Assembly: GCF_024521635.1 (NCBI RefSeq)
Contig: NW_026250411.1
Location: 1,178,001 to 1,242,000 of the forward strand
Length of the DNA: 64,000 nucleotides
Direction of reading: 5' to 3'
Source: Tricharina praecox
Lineage: Eukaryota
Position 1 is the first letter of the stretch, and each line of letters starts with the position of its first letter. The translations under genes were made by a program, and so were the position numbers. The notes beneath the pieces are model-generated. The model did not search any database. It was not told the origin of the DNA and saw only the letters and a list, made by a program, of their open reading frames with translations. Positions 1 through 12,415 of the stretch are shown here, one piece after another.

Positions 1-1267
1 AGCCGTAGGCGTCGAATCGCTTCATGACATCCTCAGTGAAGGCGCAGTTGGTGTCACCATCCTAGATGGACTGTCAGTCATGTCCCTTTTTTCCCAACTG
101 TACATGAGCAATACGTACGATGGAGATGTGGTTATCGTCGTAGATGGCGATCAGCTTGCCGAGCTGCAAGTGACCGGCCTGGGAAGCGGCCTCAGAGGCA
201 ACACCTTCCATAGCACATCCATCGCCGAAGAAGCAGTAGGTGTAGTTGTCGAACAGCGTGTAACCGGGCTTATTGAAGCGAGCAGCGACGTGCGCCTCGG
301 CCATGGCGAGACCGACAGCGTTGGCGAAACCCTGACCCAGAGGACCAGTGGTTACTTCAACACCGGGAGTGTCGTGCTGCGTATTGTTTAGCGAAAAATA
401 TACCACATGCTCTATCATAGGAAACCACATACCGCCTCGGGGTGACCAGGAGTCTTGGATCCGAGTTGCTGTATGCGAGATCAATAAAGTGCATTCAAGA
501 ACGATGTTTACCATTGCACTTACGCGGAAGTTCCTCAGGTCATCGATGGAGAGATCGTATCCGAACAAGTGCAAGACAGCATACTGCAGCATGCATCCGT
601 GACCGTTCCTATGGGATCGGCACGTCAGAGCTTTTTCCTCACGTAGCGCGTTGCATTGCATTGCGTTACGCGGCAACGGCTGCCGATAACACCGATAAAC
701 CCCGCAGTCGGCGGGGTAAGTGGGGCCAACCGGTGGATGGAATGACTGCAGCAGTCGCCGGCGCAAACCCGCATCCACCCAAGCCGGTCTCCGAAATATC
801 GTTCACCGCAACGCAAGGAGTTTTCGGAGGCAAGAAAACGGACTGGACTACTTACGAGAGGACAAATCTGTCGCGGTTGGCCCAGCTAGGGTTCTTGGGG
901 TTGAACTTCATGAACCTATGGCGATTCACAGCGTGGTCAGCAAGCCCGAACTACAGATTGATACCGCCAGAAGGAGGTAGGAGTGAAATCGGGGTTTCGT
1001 ACTTGTGGAAGAGAACGTGGGAAATGGGGGCCATTCCCATAGGCGCACCGGGGTGGCCAGAGTTCGCCTTCGATGTAGCATCGACCTGTAGAGATGGACG
1101 TCAGCGATGCTGGTTCTCCTTCGAGGATGAAGACTCAATTGCAAGCCGCAGGACAGGACAAAGACTGTGGCTTGCAATGGCGCCATCTAGGAGAATTGAA
1201 GGGCAGAACATACGGCGAGCACCCGGATGGAGTTGATGGCGAGCTGGTCCACGTTTCCGTAAGTCAT
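1..1267 (-). CDS. TKL1: Transketolase, 5' part; multi-exon, runs off the window start
   Basis: Spliced reading from ATG at 1267 gives [18 protein letters not shown]..., then [38 protein letters not shown] and the TPP-binding GDGCAMEG...DDN motif. Several short GT-AG introns. Confidence 0.96.
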
Positions 1268-2499
1268 GATGGAATGAATGTCTTCTGCGGAATCGAAGGG
1301 GTGATGTTCAAGTGAAAGAGACGGCACAGAGAAGGTGGGGGGTCTTGAAGGCTTTAAGAGGTCGAGGTGCCGTTCGGTCGTCTTGGTAAGGGAACAAGTT
1401 AGAGAAGAGTGTCCAGGGCGGGCAAGGAGGAGGGGCTGACGGCTTGCTAGGATGCGGGACTAATAGAAAACCCCCGCCGGGCGAACACCAAAAGCTTACG
1501 AAACGGAACGACCACCACCAACAGCAACTCTGCCATCTGCCATGAGGTTCCAGCAATGTTCTTAGGCCCGGATGATGGTATAAGCCCCCTCCCCACCCTC
1601 GTTTTCGGGCGTGGCATAAGTACATATCCACTCGCATCGTGCTTCCTCCGCCTGTGTACCTGTGGAGAGCATCCGCATGTCGTATTTTACCGGATTACGG
1701 TCTCAGGAGGGAGGGTCGGACTCCTCACGGCCGCACGCACGCAGGTGCTCGCGATACCTGGTCACGATGCTCGCGTTTGACACTCGTCCGTAACGACTAC
1801 ATACACGCTTCAGAGCTGTTTCTCGGGTCAATTGCCCTTGAATGAGCCTCCTCCTCTAGTCGTCGTTGGTTTTGATAGTGTCAGAAAGACTATATGATCG
1901 ATAGGTGCTCTCATTTAACCAGATGGGCGTGTTCTGGAGTAGATATCAGCCAGCTCTTTTCCTCTCCGGATCTATGTGTAGAGTAGCAAGTAAGTGCTCT
2001 ATACCGGTATAGTTACCTGGGAATGAAGTGCTAGAGTCCAGGGCTATGGAACTCTGAGGAATCCACTGCGAGCGTTCTGGCGCGGGATGATTTTAGTTGG
2101 GCTGCATATCCTTCTTTACCCCTCCCCCTCCCCCCCACCAGTTACGGCTCAGGCTAAAATCGAATTCAACGCTCCGCTTCTCAACACCGACGTCGCCGTT
2201 CGTGCTGGGGGAACTGGAACTGATCTCCACGGAGTTTATCCACCCACCAGATACGGGCGTCGATTAATGCGAACTCTACCGCGATGCGAGGGAATAAGGC
2301 CGAAGTGGAGACCCCGCTCTCTATCGTCATGTTCGACCTAGGATGGGCCTGTCGTGCGTGGGACGTACAGTCGAAGAACGGCCGAAAGAAGAGATTCTAT
2401 CTAATCGATCGCATCTGATCGTTTAGCCTCACTGTGGCTTGTAACTGTTACCATGTGACGTTGCATTCATGGTAGATCACTCGCTATTCTTTGCTCGGT

Positions 2500-2766
2500 A
2501 GAGGATGTCAATTGTGACACGGACTCACAAGCAATCGGGATTTGACACCTAAAAATCGTACTATAGGGTAGGCTATGGAATCCGAATGTTTTTTGAAGTC
2601 ATTAGTTAGTACCTAGTATACCGAACGCCTGAAAGAGGATGTCGATTGAGACCAGGACTCACAAGTAATCGCAGTAAACATTCGGAAGTTGTGCTCTGGG
2701 GTAGGCAGGTCTTAGAATTCGAATATTTTTGAAGTCATCTAGTACAGAAGTCATCTAGTACACCGA
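2500..2766. repeat. Diverged tandem duplication, 2 copies of ~130 bp, in the TKL1/MBP1 intergenic region
   Basis: Blocks AGAGGATGTC, GGACTCACAAG, GGGTAGGC, TTTTGAAGTCAT and CTAGTA(T/C)ACCGA occur in the same order from 2500 and from 2634. Confidence 0.8.
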
Positions 2767-3168
2767 GTGAACCACGAATTCAAGGACTCGGACGATAATG
2801 CCATGGCCGGGGTTCGTGGCAGTCCAAAAAATAAGGTCGGTATTCTGGTCCGAAATCCGTTTTTGAGCTCCCTTCCATTTTACCCATGAGAGAACCGGCC
2901 GAAACAACACAGAGGACCAAAACAACACAGTGGGCCAAAACAGCAAGGAAGGCGCACGGATAATCCTCCTGCTTAGTCGTGGTCCCTGCTCGTGGTGCCG
3001 TCGAGTAGAGCAACCATGCGAGACACGATCAACTTTCCAATAGCGTATGTCTTGGCGCGACACGCGCTAAGTCCCCGGTCCCGTCACGTCCTCCTTTGCG
3101 TGCGTCTGCTTCTCCGCAACCCACCCTCAACGAAACCTACACGCCAAACGAAGCCGCCAGCGATCACC

Positions 3169-5770
3169 ATGCCCGTCCTTCCCGACAGTACAGTCTACAA
3201 GGCCACCTATAGTGGCACGCCTGTGTGAGTCTTCCTCTCGCGTTCTGGCATTCAGCCGGCGACTGGTCCCCCGTCGGGTTGTGCGCGACGTGTAAAGGCC
3301 AAGCCAGGCTTTTTTTTCGCGCCGTGGTTCCTCATCGCCTACGAGCTCATTCACCACCTACTGGGCTGGTTGGCTGGCTTGAACTTTCGGAATAATTTTA
3401 CTGACCTTGTTACTCTGCGATGGTAGTTACGAATTGTATGTTCTCGAGAAACCTGCCTTGTGCCGCCCCCCCACCTGTAGCTTGAAGCTTATGTCACTGT
3501 CCTGCTAGCATCGCAAATGGTATTGCGTGTATGCGAAGACGTTCCGACTCATGGATAAATGCAACCCAAATCCTGAAGGTCCGTTACCCCTCGGATTATT
3601 CCTGGGCTGCTGGAGTAGCATGCTGAAGCTGGATTTCAGGTAGCCGACTTCGATAAGCCTCAGCGAACCCGTATATTGGAACGTGAAGTACAGCGCGGGG
3701 TTCACGAAAAGGTTCAAGGTGGTTACGGAAAATACCAAGGTCCGTCCATAAGCTTGTCGAACTTTAGACGCAGAACTCGGAAACTGAGCAGACAATTTTG
3801 ACAGGAACCTGGGTACCCCTCGACCGTGCCAGAGCAATTGCGGCCCAGTACAATGTGGAGGAGCTTCTCTCGCCGATATTCAACTTCCGACCTTCTACCG
3901 AGTCACCGCCATTAGCTCCTAAGCACATCACTGCTGCGTCGACGAAACCGAGGATAGCCAGAGGAGGTGGAGGCCGTGCGGGAAATAAGGGTGCTACCAA
4001 GAAGGTGGCGAGTATGTTGAGCCTCTTCAATGATCCATTTGTCCAATGGGCTGATTTTTTTTTACAGAGCCAACACCTCCAATTATTGCTCCACCGCCTC
4101 CGCCGCCTCCGCCACCACCCGCTCCCCCATCTGTAGATAGTTACGATGCAGACGATGCGGATGACGATATCGTGAGCGACATTGACCCTTTGGATCACCA
4201 TGACGCAGCCTCAATCGTGTCGTCGACTGGATCCGAGATATCCGAAATGGATCATCCTTCTCAGCATTCGGCCGGTATGACTCTCAAGAGGAAGCGCGGT
4301 CAGATGGAGTTCGACATGATGTCGCAGCAGCGTATATCGTACAGTGACGAGCTATTCGAGTATTTCATGGCCAAAGATGTCGATGTGCCTGCGTTTCTGC
4401 TCGCGCCGCCGCCGGACTTCGACGTCAATGAGGTCATCGATAATGAGGGACACACGGCCATCCATTGGGCTGCAGCCATGGGTGACCTGAAAGTCATTGA
4501 GCACCTCTGCAAGGCGGATGCGAACATATATGCGCTAAATAAGCGCGGAGAAACACCGCTTATGCGCGCCGTCATGTTTACTAACAACTACGACCGGAGA
4601 TCCTTCCCTCGACTTGTTGAGACCCTTCGCGAAACCATATTCCTGATCGATAAGTATGGTTCCACCGTTTTCCACCACATTGCTGCCACCACCTCCTCGC
4701 GTAACAAGTTACTGGCCGCTCGATACTACAACGAGGTGCTCCTCCAGAAGCTGTCGGAGGCCCACACGATCGACGATATCGCCCACTTCTTGGATATGCA
4801 GGACATGAGTGGTGACACAGCACTGACTATCTCCGCGCGAAACGTTGCAAAGAAATGCGTGCGCACACTGCTGGGCTACAATGCATCTCCGGATATTCTC
4901 AACCGCGCTGGAGAGACTGCCGATCACCTCATCATCACTGCCGAGGAAATGCGCAAAAATGGGGACTACCTGCGGGCGTCCAGCTCCTCCCCATTCCAGC
5001 CTAATGACCACGGCATGCACAATCATCATCATCCATATCTTCTTCAGCAGCCGTCCAGTCAAACCGCAGCAGCTGCTGCAGCAGTTGGTTATGCCCACGC
5101 TAGTTACGTTCCGCAACCGCACACTTCCGAGGCCGCCATCGCAGCCACAAAGAAGGTGATCCCATTGATGGCAGAAATGTTGGAGGGCCTCGCCACGGCA
5201 TTCGACAAGGAGCTTCAAGACAAGGAAGAGGATCACAGCCAAGCACAGCGGCTTCTCGACTCGTCGACTCGGGAAATTGACGCCTGCCGCCAAGTCTCCG
5301 AAGGCGTTCTCACCACTTTCGGCGGCGCAGATGCAATGAACTCCCATATCGACCAACTCAAATCAGAGGCCGAATCACTCGCCGCCGAACTCCACTGTAC
5401 GCTCGAACGAACACAGTTCTATGAGCTCACCGCTGCCGTCCGCCACGAGGAGTCGGCACTTCCCACCCCACCCACCTCCACCACAGAGGACTCAGTCCCA
5501 GACGATAAGGAGCTCATGGAGCGTCTCCACCTCGCGCGGGAACTGGCCTCCGCCCAGAACGAACGCGAGGACCTGATGGACACCATCGTCAAGGCCTTTG
5601 CGCGCAGCGGTGCAGGCGGCAAGATGGCCGACTACCGCCGGTTGATCGCATTAAGCTGTTCTCTGCTCCCCGACGACGTCGAGAAACTTTTGCCAGAGAT
5701 CCTGAAAGATTTGGAGGCGGGTGGGGACGGGAGCCAGGGGATGGGCGGGCTGGTTGATGGGCTGGTTTAA
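3169..5770 (+). CDS. MBP1: APSES/KilA-N plus ankyrin G1/S transcription factor (Mbp1/Swi4/Res family), multi-exon
   Basis: Spliced N-terminus [14 protein letters not shown]...[54 protein letters not shown]. Ankyrin repeats [25 protein letters not shown] and [15 protein letters not shown]-terminal YRRLIALSC. Confidence 0.93.
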
Positions 5771-6223
5771 TCGCGAGTGATTGGGCCAACCATGAGTGTA
5801 CTTGTAGTTTGCAGGAGGATGTACGATGGAGTTTGTTGGCGTTTGTTTATTGGAACGTCTTTTATCTATTTTATTTTCCTTCTTTTCCTACATCTTTTCA
5901 CCAATCTTTTCCTACTATTTCCTTCTTCTTCGTGGCACGCTCCAATCAATACAGTATGCAATTCCGTCGTTCCCAATAGCGTAGAATACAAGTTAAACAC
6001 AAAAAACAACAAAAAAAAAGCAGACACACATCGACATCCATTCGATCACCTCCACTCCACTCGCACTCTCATTTTTGCCAGCCATGAAACCGAATCAAGG
6101 AAACACATCTAACATCACATTAGGGGGACATGGCCTAGGTAGAAGAAACAGAGGGAGAAAAGAAAAGGAGCGCAGTTTACTGAGCCCATCTATCCGACGT
6201 GAAATAACATTTTGTCTGCGCAA

Positions 6224-7134
6224 CTACTCGTGCACCTCCTCAACCATGGCCTTCCGTGGAATGACGGCTACAGAAGGGGCTGAGATGCCGGGCGCTGCGG
6301 GGGGCACGGCTTTGCCTCCTTTGGGCTTCTTGACCTGTGGGATCTCATCAGCATCTGGGAGCTCCTGGGGTACGGGAAGGGGGGAGGGGGGAGAACATAC
6401 CTTATGCCAGGCCCACATCGGGCGGAAAGAATCGAAGAACCCGACGTCCTCAAACAGATTCGGATACAGCCAGAGGCCAGGCGGGGCAACGACCATGGTG
6501 ATGACAAAGAGGATGAGCCTGAACATGCTCATGACAAGGAACAGACCGATGAGGCCGAGCATTCCCATGCTGAGGTACCAGACGCCGAGGCGGAGCATCG
6601 GCGGCCACAGCGGGAACAGCACCACGCCGAAGAGCCCCAGCACGAGCCCGACGGCGATGAACGTCATGGCCCACGTCCTGGGCTCGTAGAAGAACGCGTA
6701 GTACAGGTCGTCGCGGATCTCCTGCTGCGGCTCCACCTTGACCGTCCATTGCCCTTTTACGCGCTTCGGGTTTTTGGGACCTTCTTCTTCGATCTTGGTG
6801 ACGCGCAGCGCGAGCAGCGAGCGTGGGAGCAGCGAGAACGCTTCCGCCGCTGTCTGCGGAGAGCTGACTTTGGGGAGCTTGGGATTTTTGGCGCAGGCTT
6901 TGGCGTACTCGGGGGATTGCAGGGCGCGGATGGCGCGCTTGACTGTGAGCCGCGTTAGCTGGTAGTAACCTAGGGGGAGATGGGGGGAAAGTTACCTTTG
7001 AAGAGGTCTTTACGCTGGCCCTGGAGGATGCAGGTGCGGATCTTGAGCTGCGGAGAGCCTTTGAGGAAATCGGCGACTGCTATGGCCTCGGGGGATGGCG
7101 TGGGGACGGTGGGGGCTCCTGGAGGTCCGGACAT
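6224..7134 (-). CDS. SEC62: ER translocation protein Sec62, multi-exon
   Basis: MSGPPG...VADFLKGSPQLKIRTCILQGQRKDLFK, then two TM segments and LFPLWP...LGVWYLS...RLILFVITM...PGLWLYPNLFEDVGFFDSFRP. Confidence 0.95.
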
Positions 7135-7577
7135 GGCTGCTGTTGCTACCGCTGCGTGCAGGTTCCGTCCTGAGGTATGGTGGTTGGTTAGGGGGAGGGA
7201 GGGTGAGGTGAGGTCGTGTTAAAGTTGGGATGCGAAGGTGTGAGATGCCCTGCTTGCTTGCTGCGCTGCTGCTAGGTGTTGGTGCTAAAAAGGACACAGT
7301 CGCGAGAGGGTTGTCTTATCTGATCGATCAGCTGGAGACAGAGTGAGCATTTGTGAGTGGTGTCTTTTGGAATGGTTCACGACGATACGCTGAAGACTTC
7401 TAATTACTCCAACTCACAACTCGCACTTCAACAAACCATCCCCTCCATCCCTTTCCTTCCCTCCTCTTCTTTTCATCGACCGCATTCCCTTTCGCCCCAT
7501 CGCCAGGAATCGACACCACCTGCATTGAGCACCGGAACAAGCCGTACCTTGAGTTTCGCCAAGCCCCGAAGCGAACC

Positions 7578-9314
7578 ATGAAGCGAAGCTCAACGTCGCG
7601 TCACCTCTCCCCAAAACCAATCATCGCGGCCCCGACCAGCGACTCCGCACGAAGTTCGACGTCTCCCGCCTCGCGTCCAAGCAGAATGGTCAAACTCAAG
7701 ATCGGAGCAGCCGCCTTACAAGCCTTCCATCTAGCTCAGCAGGAGCAGCAGCAGGAGGTAAATCCAAGATCCCCCGCTGCATCCGCGACGCCATCGCAAC
7801 AGCAGCAACCACGACCACCGCCTCCCATTGAAACCCCTACGCGTCCTCCGAAATCCTCGAAACAGAAATCCTCGGTGGTGAAATCCTCTAAGAAAGGCCG
7901 ACCATCCTCCAAGACCACTGCTTCGGAAGCGGGCACCCCGGCGCCGCCGCGCACAAAGAAGGCGAAAACCGCCGCCGAACCTCCCCAAACACCGTCTTAT
8001 GCCGCGCCGCCGCAATCCACCCCGTTGCCAAGTGTTATACCGAAGATCAAGATCAAGGGATACACTCCTGCGGTAGCGACACTGCCGCCTCCGCCCCCAC
8101 CGCCGCCGTCCGCCGTCGCTCGTCCACCAAAGCCGAAATTGAAACTCACCTCGTCATCCGTTGCAGCCGCGCAAGCCGCCGCCGGGGCGCCGTTTCCCAA
8201 TGTTCCCTTCGCCAATGGCCCCGCGCGCACCCCCACCATCAAACTGAAGCACACACCGAAACCCACCACGTCCCGCAAGCGCCGTCACGACCCCGGCAAC
8301 GGCTACGACTCTGAGGCCTCCGACCGCGAGGAAGACCCGGCCATCGAAGAGAATTTTATCCTCCGCATGCAACCAGGCCCGGACTGCGACTATCTTCGCG
8401 AGGTCATTGAGCGTAAGGAGCTCAACGTCACTTCGGATGTGTGGATGAAGTTTAAGGAGCCACGGAAGGCGGTGGTGTGCGTACGTGGCCACCTGTATGC
8501 CGCCGCGCTGGTCGACCTCCCGTGCGTCATCGAGGCGAACAAAACCCTCGACAAGAAGAACATTTTCAAGGTTGCCGACATCTGCCAGATGCTGCTGGTC
8601 ACCCAGCGGCTCACGCACGAAGAGGAGATCTGGAGTGTCAAGCTCAACCACGGCGAGCAGCAGTACCCGCACGGCCTCACCCCGCCAATGCAGTACGCGC
8701 GGAAACGACGGTTCAGGAAGCGGATCAGCAACCGCACGATCGAGGCGGTCGAGGCCGAAGTGGACCGACTCCTTAAGGACGACGAGGTCGCTGAAAACTC
8801 CAAGTTCCACCTCGTTGACGCGGCGGAGCTGGATCGCGAGGGTTCTCCGGAGTCAGAGGCCGGCGATGACTACGCATTGCTAGGAGAAGAGGAGTATGAC
8901 GACGAGCAGGACGCAGAGGGCGAGGCCGACGTCGAATATCTCTACGCGCCGCAGGATGGCGACGACGTCGAGATGGACGAGCAGTCCCTCGTCAACGACC
9001 TGGAGTCTGCGCTGTTCGATGCGGGCGATGACGATGCGGCCGCCGGCAACGAGAGCGAAACCAGCGATGAGGACGAGGAGGAGGAGGTGGTCCCGCCGGA
9101 GCCCGAGCTCTCGGACGAGGCAAAGGAGGCGCTGCAGCAGAGGGAGAAGCTCAAGGAGGAGATCCAGGACCTTGAGGAAATGATCGCGAGCAAGGCTACG
9201 GAGTACGAGAAGATGGGCAACGCCATGCTCAAGGCGCGCGTCGGAAAGGTCATTCTCGGATTCCAGAACCAGTTGGATATCAAGAGGGAGATGCTGGCGC
9301 AGTTGAACGCGTGA
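7578..9314 (+). CDS. TAF7: TFIID subunit TAF7
   Basis: TAFII55-N domain (IEENFILRM...YAAALVDLPCVIE..KTLDKKNIFKVADICQML, YPHGLTPPMQYARKRRFRKR), acidic region and C-terminal coiled coil. Confidence 0.95.
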   Translation: MKRSSTSRHLSPKPIIAAPTSDSARSSTSPASRPSRMVKLKIGAAALQAFHLAQQEQQQEVNPRSPAASATPSQQQQPRPPPPIETPTRPPKSSKQKSSVVKSSKKGRPSSKTTASEAGTPAPPRTKKAKTAAEPPQTPSYAAPPQSTPLPSVIPKIKIKGYTPAVATLPPPPPPPPSAVARPPKPKLKLTSSSVAAAQAAAGAPFPNVPFANGPARTPTIKLKHTPKPTTSRKRRHDPGNGYDSEASDREEDPAIEENFILRMQPGPDCDYLREVIERKELNVTSDVWMKFKEPRKAVVCVRGHLYAAALVDLPCVIEANKTLDKKNIFKVADICQMLLVTQRLTHEEEIWSVKLNHGEQQYPHGLTPPMQYARKRRFRKRISNRTIEAVEAEVDRLLKDDEVAENSKFHLVDAAELDREGSPESEAGDDYALLGEEEYDDEQDAEGEADVEYLYAPQDGDDVEMDEQSLVNDLESALFDAGDDDAAAGNESETSDEDEEEEVVPPEPELSDEAKEALQQREKLKEEIQDLEEMIASKATEYEKMGNAMLKARVGKVILGFQNQLDIKREMLAQLNA

Positions 9315-10363
9315 AATAGATTCATTGGTTAGTGGGGATCAATCACAATTGAGAATGGAGAACGCGTTCGAGATTTTTCATTAGTGACTTGATTTTAATT
9401 GTTTGCTTGCTTGTTTGTTTGTACAGTATAGGTCGCTGTTTTTGTGTTTTTTTATGTGGGCTGCAGGTGTTCATGGGCGTCTGTTTCTCTGTTTGCTTTG
9501 ATTTTATTTGCTTGATTTTGGGGTGTTTGCGTTGTTTTTCTTTCCTTCTTTATGGTTTATTTCATTTTTGGAAGTGGGAGGGATATCAATGGGGGGGGGG
9601 GGGGTATGTAGGGGGATCCTGTTTCAGCGATGCCCTCTTCATAGATTGTCAAACTTAGCTGGCGGGGGATAAACCGTCGATCGTCACTCAATGTTTCGCA
9701 ATCAAGGCGATGCGATCAACCACATGGTGTTACTCGTTTGCTAAGCCTTCCATTGAGGCTTGTGACTCCCACCGAAATAGAGTATAGCGGTAGGGACGGC
9801 CGAGGGTGCTGGTCTTCCCATCGATACATAGCACCTCCGGATTCGGGAAGCTCGGGGGGTATCTACAGGCGTGCCGTATGTGCATGGCGGGCGAGACGGG
9901 AAGATCGGACGAATCTGCGGGACTACTCTGAAGTCAAGAAACAGCCAGTATGCCGCACAGGCCGGTACTATTCCGCAGGGAGACAGGAAGAAGGATCTAG
10001 GTATGCCGGAGTTGGCTGTTGGTCTTCAAGAAGAATTGTGTTTTTATTTCATCGTTAATTACATGCAACCTATCTGCTTATAACTACATAGACTATGGTA
10101 ATGCCCGCAAGGCTATATCCCGAGCTGGGCTGGTATCTGAGGAGAAGTTAGAATACTGGTGGCGTGAAGTTTGGAGGGTGAGTGATTGGGTGTGAACATC
10201 TGGCCAAGTGGGTACCTACACCGCCACAAGTTAGATCATCACAAACTCGTTTTATGCATGATAATTCGGACAGTCCCAAGAGTTTTCCGACTGGAAGTAA
10301 CCACAAAGCAAATGCTGACCACCCAACACAAGTATCGTATATCCCCAGCTGATACATGAGCAC

Positions 10364-12178
10364 CTAAGACGAGCAACTACACTGAGTAGACCTGCTATCA
10401 TCCGGCACTTCACCACACCACCTCTGGGCGTCGTCCACCCCCTCCCAGGTATCATCAAACGGCCTCATTACCAGCTTCATCACATCCTTCAGCACCTGCC
10501 GATCACCCTTTTTCTCAACCCTCTGAATGATTTCATCCAGCACCCAGTTCTTTGGGACGAACTTGGGGTTGAGCTTCTTCTGGGCGGGAATGCGGTCAGA
10601 GTCTTCTACTCCCTCCTCTGCAAGCCGTGCAGCGTAGCTGCGCAGAAACTCAAGTATCGCCTGGTCGGCTCCATCTTGGTCAGCGATCGAGTTGTAGTGG
10701 AATGACTTGGCGAGTTGGCTATTATCCTCCTCGCTGGCCGAATCGATTCCGCGCACCGGCACCTCCGCAAGTCTTCGGAAGACGTGGTGGAAGTCCAGCT
10801 CAAACTTTTGCATCAGGTCCAGACACGGAGAGAACATGGTGTCCATGTCCGTTTCCTTACAAGTCTTGAAGCCCATTCGCTGCGCCATCAGGGTTTTGTA
10901 CTCGGTGAGGAACACAGTCTTGTACTCGTTTCCAATATCCTCGAGGATTGCCTCTGCGCGGCTGACGAGCTCGTCGACAGCGGCCTCTTTAACGCCCTCG
11001 GCGATGAATACTGGATCGTCGATGTCCGGCACAGCGAGTAGCTCCGCGAGATCTTCACCCAGTCGTGTCAGGTTCCACCAGATTATCGTGGGTTGGTTCC
11101 TGAAGCTGTAGCGGAGCATGTGATCGTCGTGGTTGGGCGTGTAGCTGGGATCGAAAGCATCCATGAAAGCGAACGGGCCGAAGTCCAGCGACAGGCCGAG
11201 GACAGATGTGTTGTCGGTATTCAACACGCCATTCATGAAGCCATAGACCTGCCACATCGCCACGGTCTTTGCGTTCCTCCTCACGATCTCGCGGTACATG
11301 TTTTCGTATCGATTCCGGCCCTGCTCATCCACGCCCTCCTGCTTTGGCATCCGCAACACCTCGTCGCGCACATAATCCGACAGTACCCTCAACCGCACCC
11401 TATCCCCTCGGAACCGGAAAAGGTCAAACGTGCCGATCCTGATCCAGCTCTGCGCCATCCTCGTGACAATCGCGCACGGCTCCATGCGTTCCCTCGCCAC
11501 CTGCTCACCAGGCAGAAGTGTCAACGCCAGTGCCCGTGTCGACGGAATCCCGATCGAGTTCAAGTACTCGCTCACAACAAACTCCCTGATCGAGCTCCGG
11601 AGCACCGCTCTTCCATCCGCGAAGCGCGAGTACGGGGTTTGTCCCGCGCCCTTGAGCTGCACTTCGTATCTTTCACCCGTCTCGGGATTCGTCCCCTCGA
11701 ACAGCGAAATCGCGCGCCCGTCGCCCAGCTGTCCCGCCCACTGGCCGAATTGCCATCCGCCGTAGCATTGCGCCCAGGGGTATATGCCGTTCTCGTCCGC
11801 GCCATCTTCGTATGTGCCGTTGCCGGCGACGAGATGTACAAATTCGGGGTTTTCGGCTTCCGAAAGGGAGAGGCCGAGGGATTGGAAGGCGGCGGGAGAA
11901 ACGGCGAGAAGCTCGGGGGTCTTGGTGCACGAGGTTGGCCGGACGTAGGTGTATAGTGCTTCCCTGACCAGGCGAGGTCCGAGCTTGCTTGCGGGTGCGG
12001 CGGCGGAGGCGGCGGGCGTCGGGAAGGCCGCGTCGGGTGGGAGGCGTGATGTGAAGGCTGCGGACTTCGGGAGATCTTTGAGTGATACGCCGGGAGACAT
12101 TGCGAGTGTTCTGTGGAGACGCGTGAGGGTCTTCGATAGTCTGCGGAGTGTGGGGTTGCTGATTAACGACAGTAGCAT
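10364..12178 (-). CDS. FMP40: SelO/UPF0061 protein adenylyltransferase, probably mitochondrial
   Basis: YGGWQFGQWAGQLGDGRA, QLKGAGQTPYSRFADGRAVLRSSIREF, GFMNGVLNTDN, DFGPF and C-terminal CSCSS. The N-terminus is Arg/Leu/Ser-rich like a presequence. Confidence 0.95.
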   Translation of the reverse strand: MLLSLISNPTLRRLSKTLTRLHRTLAMSPGVSLKDLPKSAAFTSRLPPDAAFPTPAASAAAPASKLGPRLVREALYTYVRPTSCTKTPELLAVSPAAFQSLGLSLSEAENPEFVHLVAGNGTYEDGADENGIYPWAQCYGGWQFGQWAGQLGDGRAISLFEGTNPETGERYEVQLKGAGQTPYSRFADGRAVLRSSIREFVVSEYLNSIGIPSTRALALTLLPGEQVARERMEPCAIVTRMAQSWIRIGTFDLFRFRGDRVRLRVLSDYVRDEVLRMPKQEGVDEQGRNRYENMYREIVRRNAKTVAMWQVYGFMNGVLNTDNTSVLGLSLDFGPFAFMDAFDPSYTPNHDDHMLRYSFRNQPTIIWWNLTRLGEDLAELLAVPDIDDPVFIAEGVKEAAVDELVSRAEAILEDIGNEYKTVFLTEYKTLMAQRMGFKTCKETDMDTMFSPCLDLMQKFELDFHHVFRRLAEVPVRGIDSASEEDNSQLAKSFHYNSIADQDGADQAILEFLRSYAARLAEEGVEDSDRIPAQKKLNPKFVPKNWVLDEIIQRVEKKGDRQVLKDVMKLVMRPFDDTWEGVDDAQRWCGEVPDDSRSTQCSCSS

Positions 12179-12346
12179 TACGGAAGAGGAGGAGAAGGAG
12201 GAGGGCGAGAAGATGGGAGATTACAGATTCATATAGTCTATGAACACCTCTCTTCACTCCTTTGGTTTCGGTCTACGGCTTTGATGTTTCGTGATGGTGT
12301 CGTCAACCCCTCCCCCGAGCCTGGAAGTTGACGCTTAATAATTCTC

Positions 12347-12358
12347 GTTGACGTCAAC
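12347..12358. promoter_or_regulatory. Palindromic CRE/ATF-type site in the short divergent FMP40/ASA1 promoter
   Basis: Perfect palindrome GTTGACGTCAAC containing TGACGTCA. Function is inferred only. Confidence 0.35.
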
Positions 12359-12415
12359 CAGCCGTCGTTAAGAGCTGCAGGTGCGCGACTCGCCGCCCCG
12401 CCATGCAACCAACAG

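Noticed and set aside
10364..10385. Selenocysteine in SelO
   Set aside because: The C-terminus is CSCSS followed by TAG, with Cys codons and no in-frame TGA.
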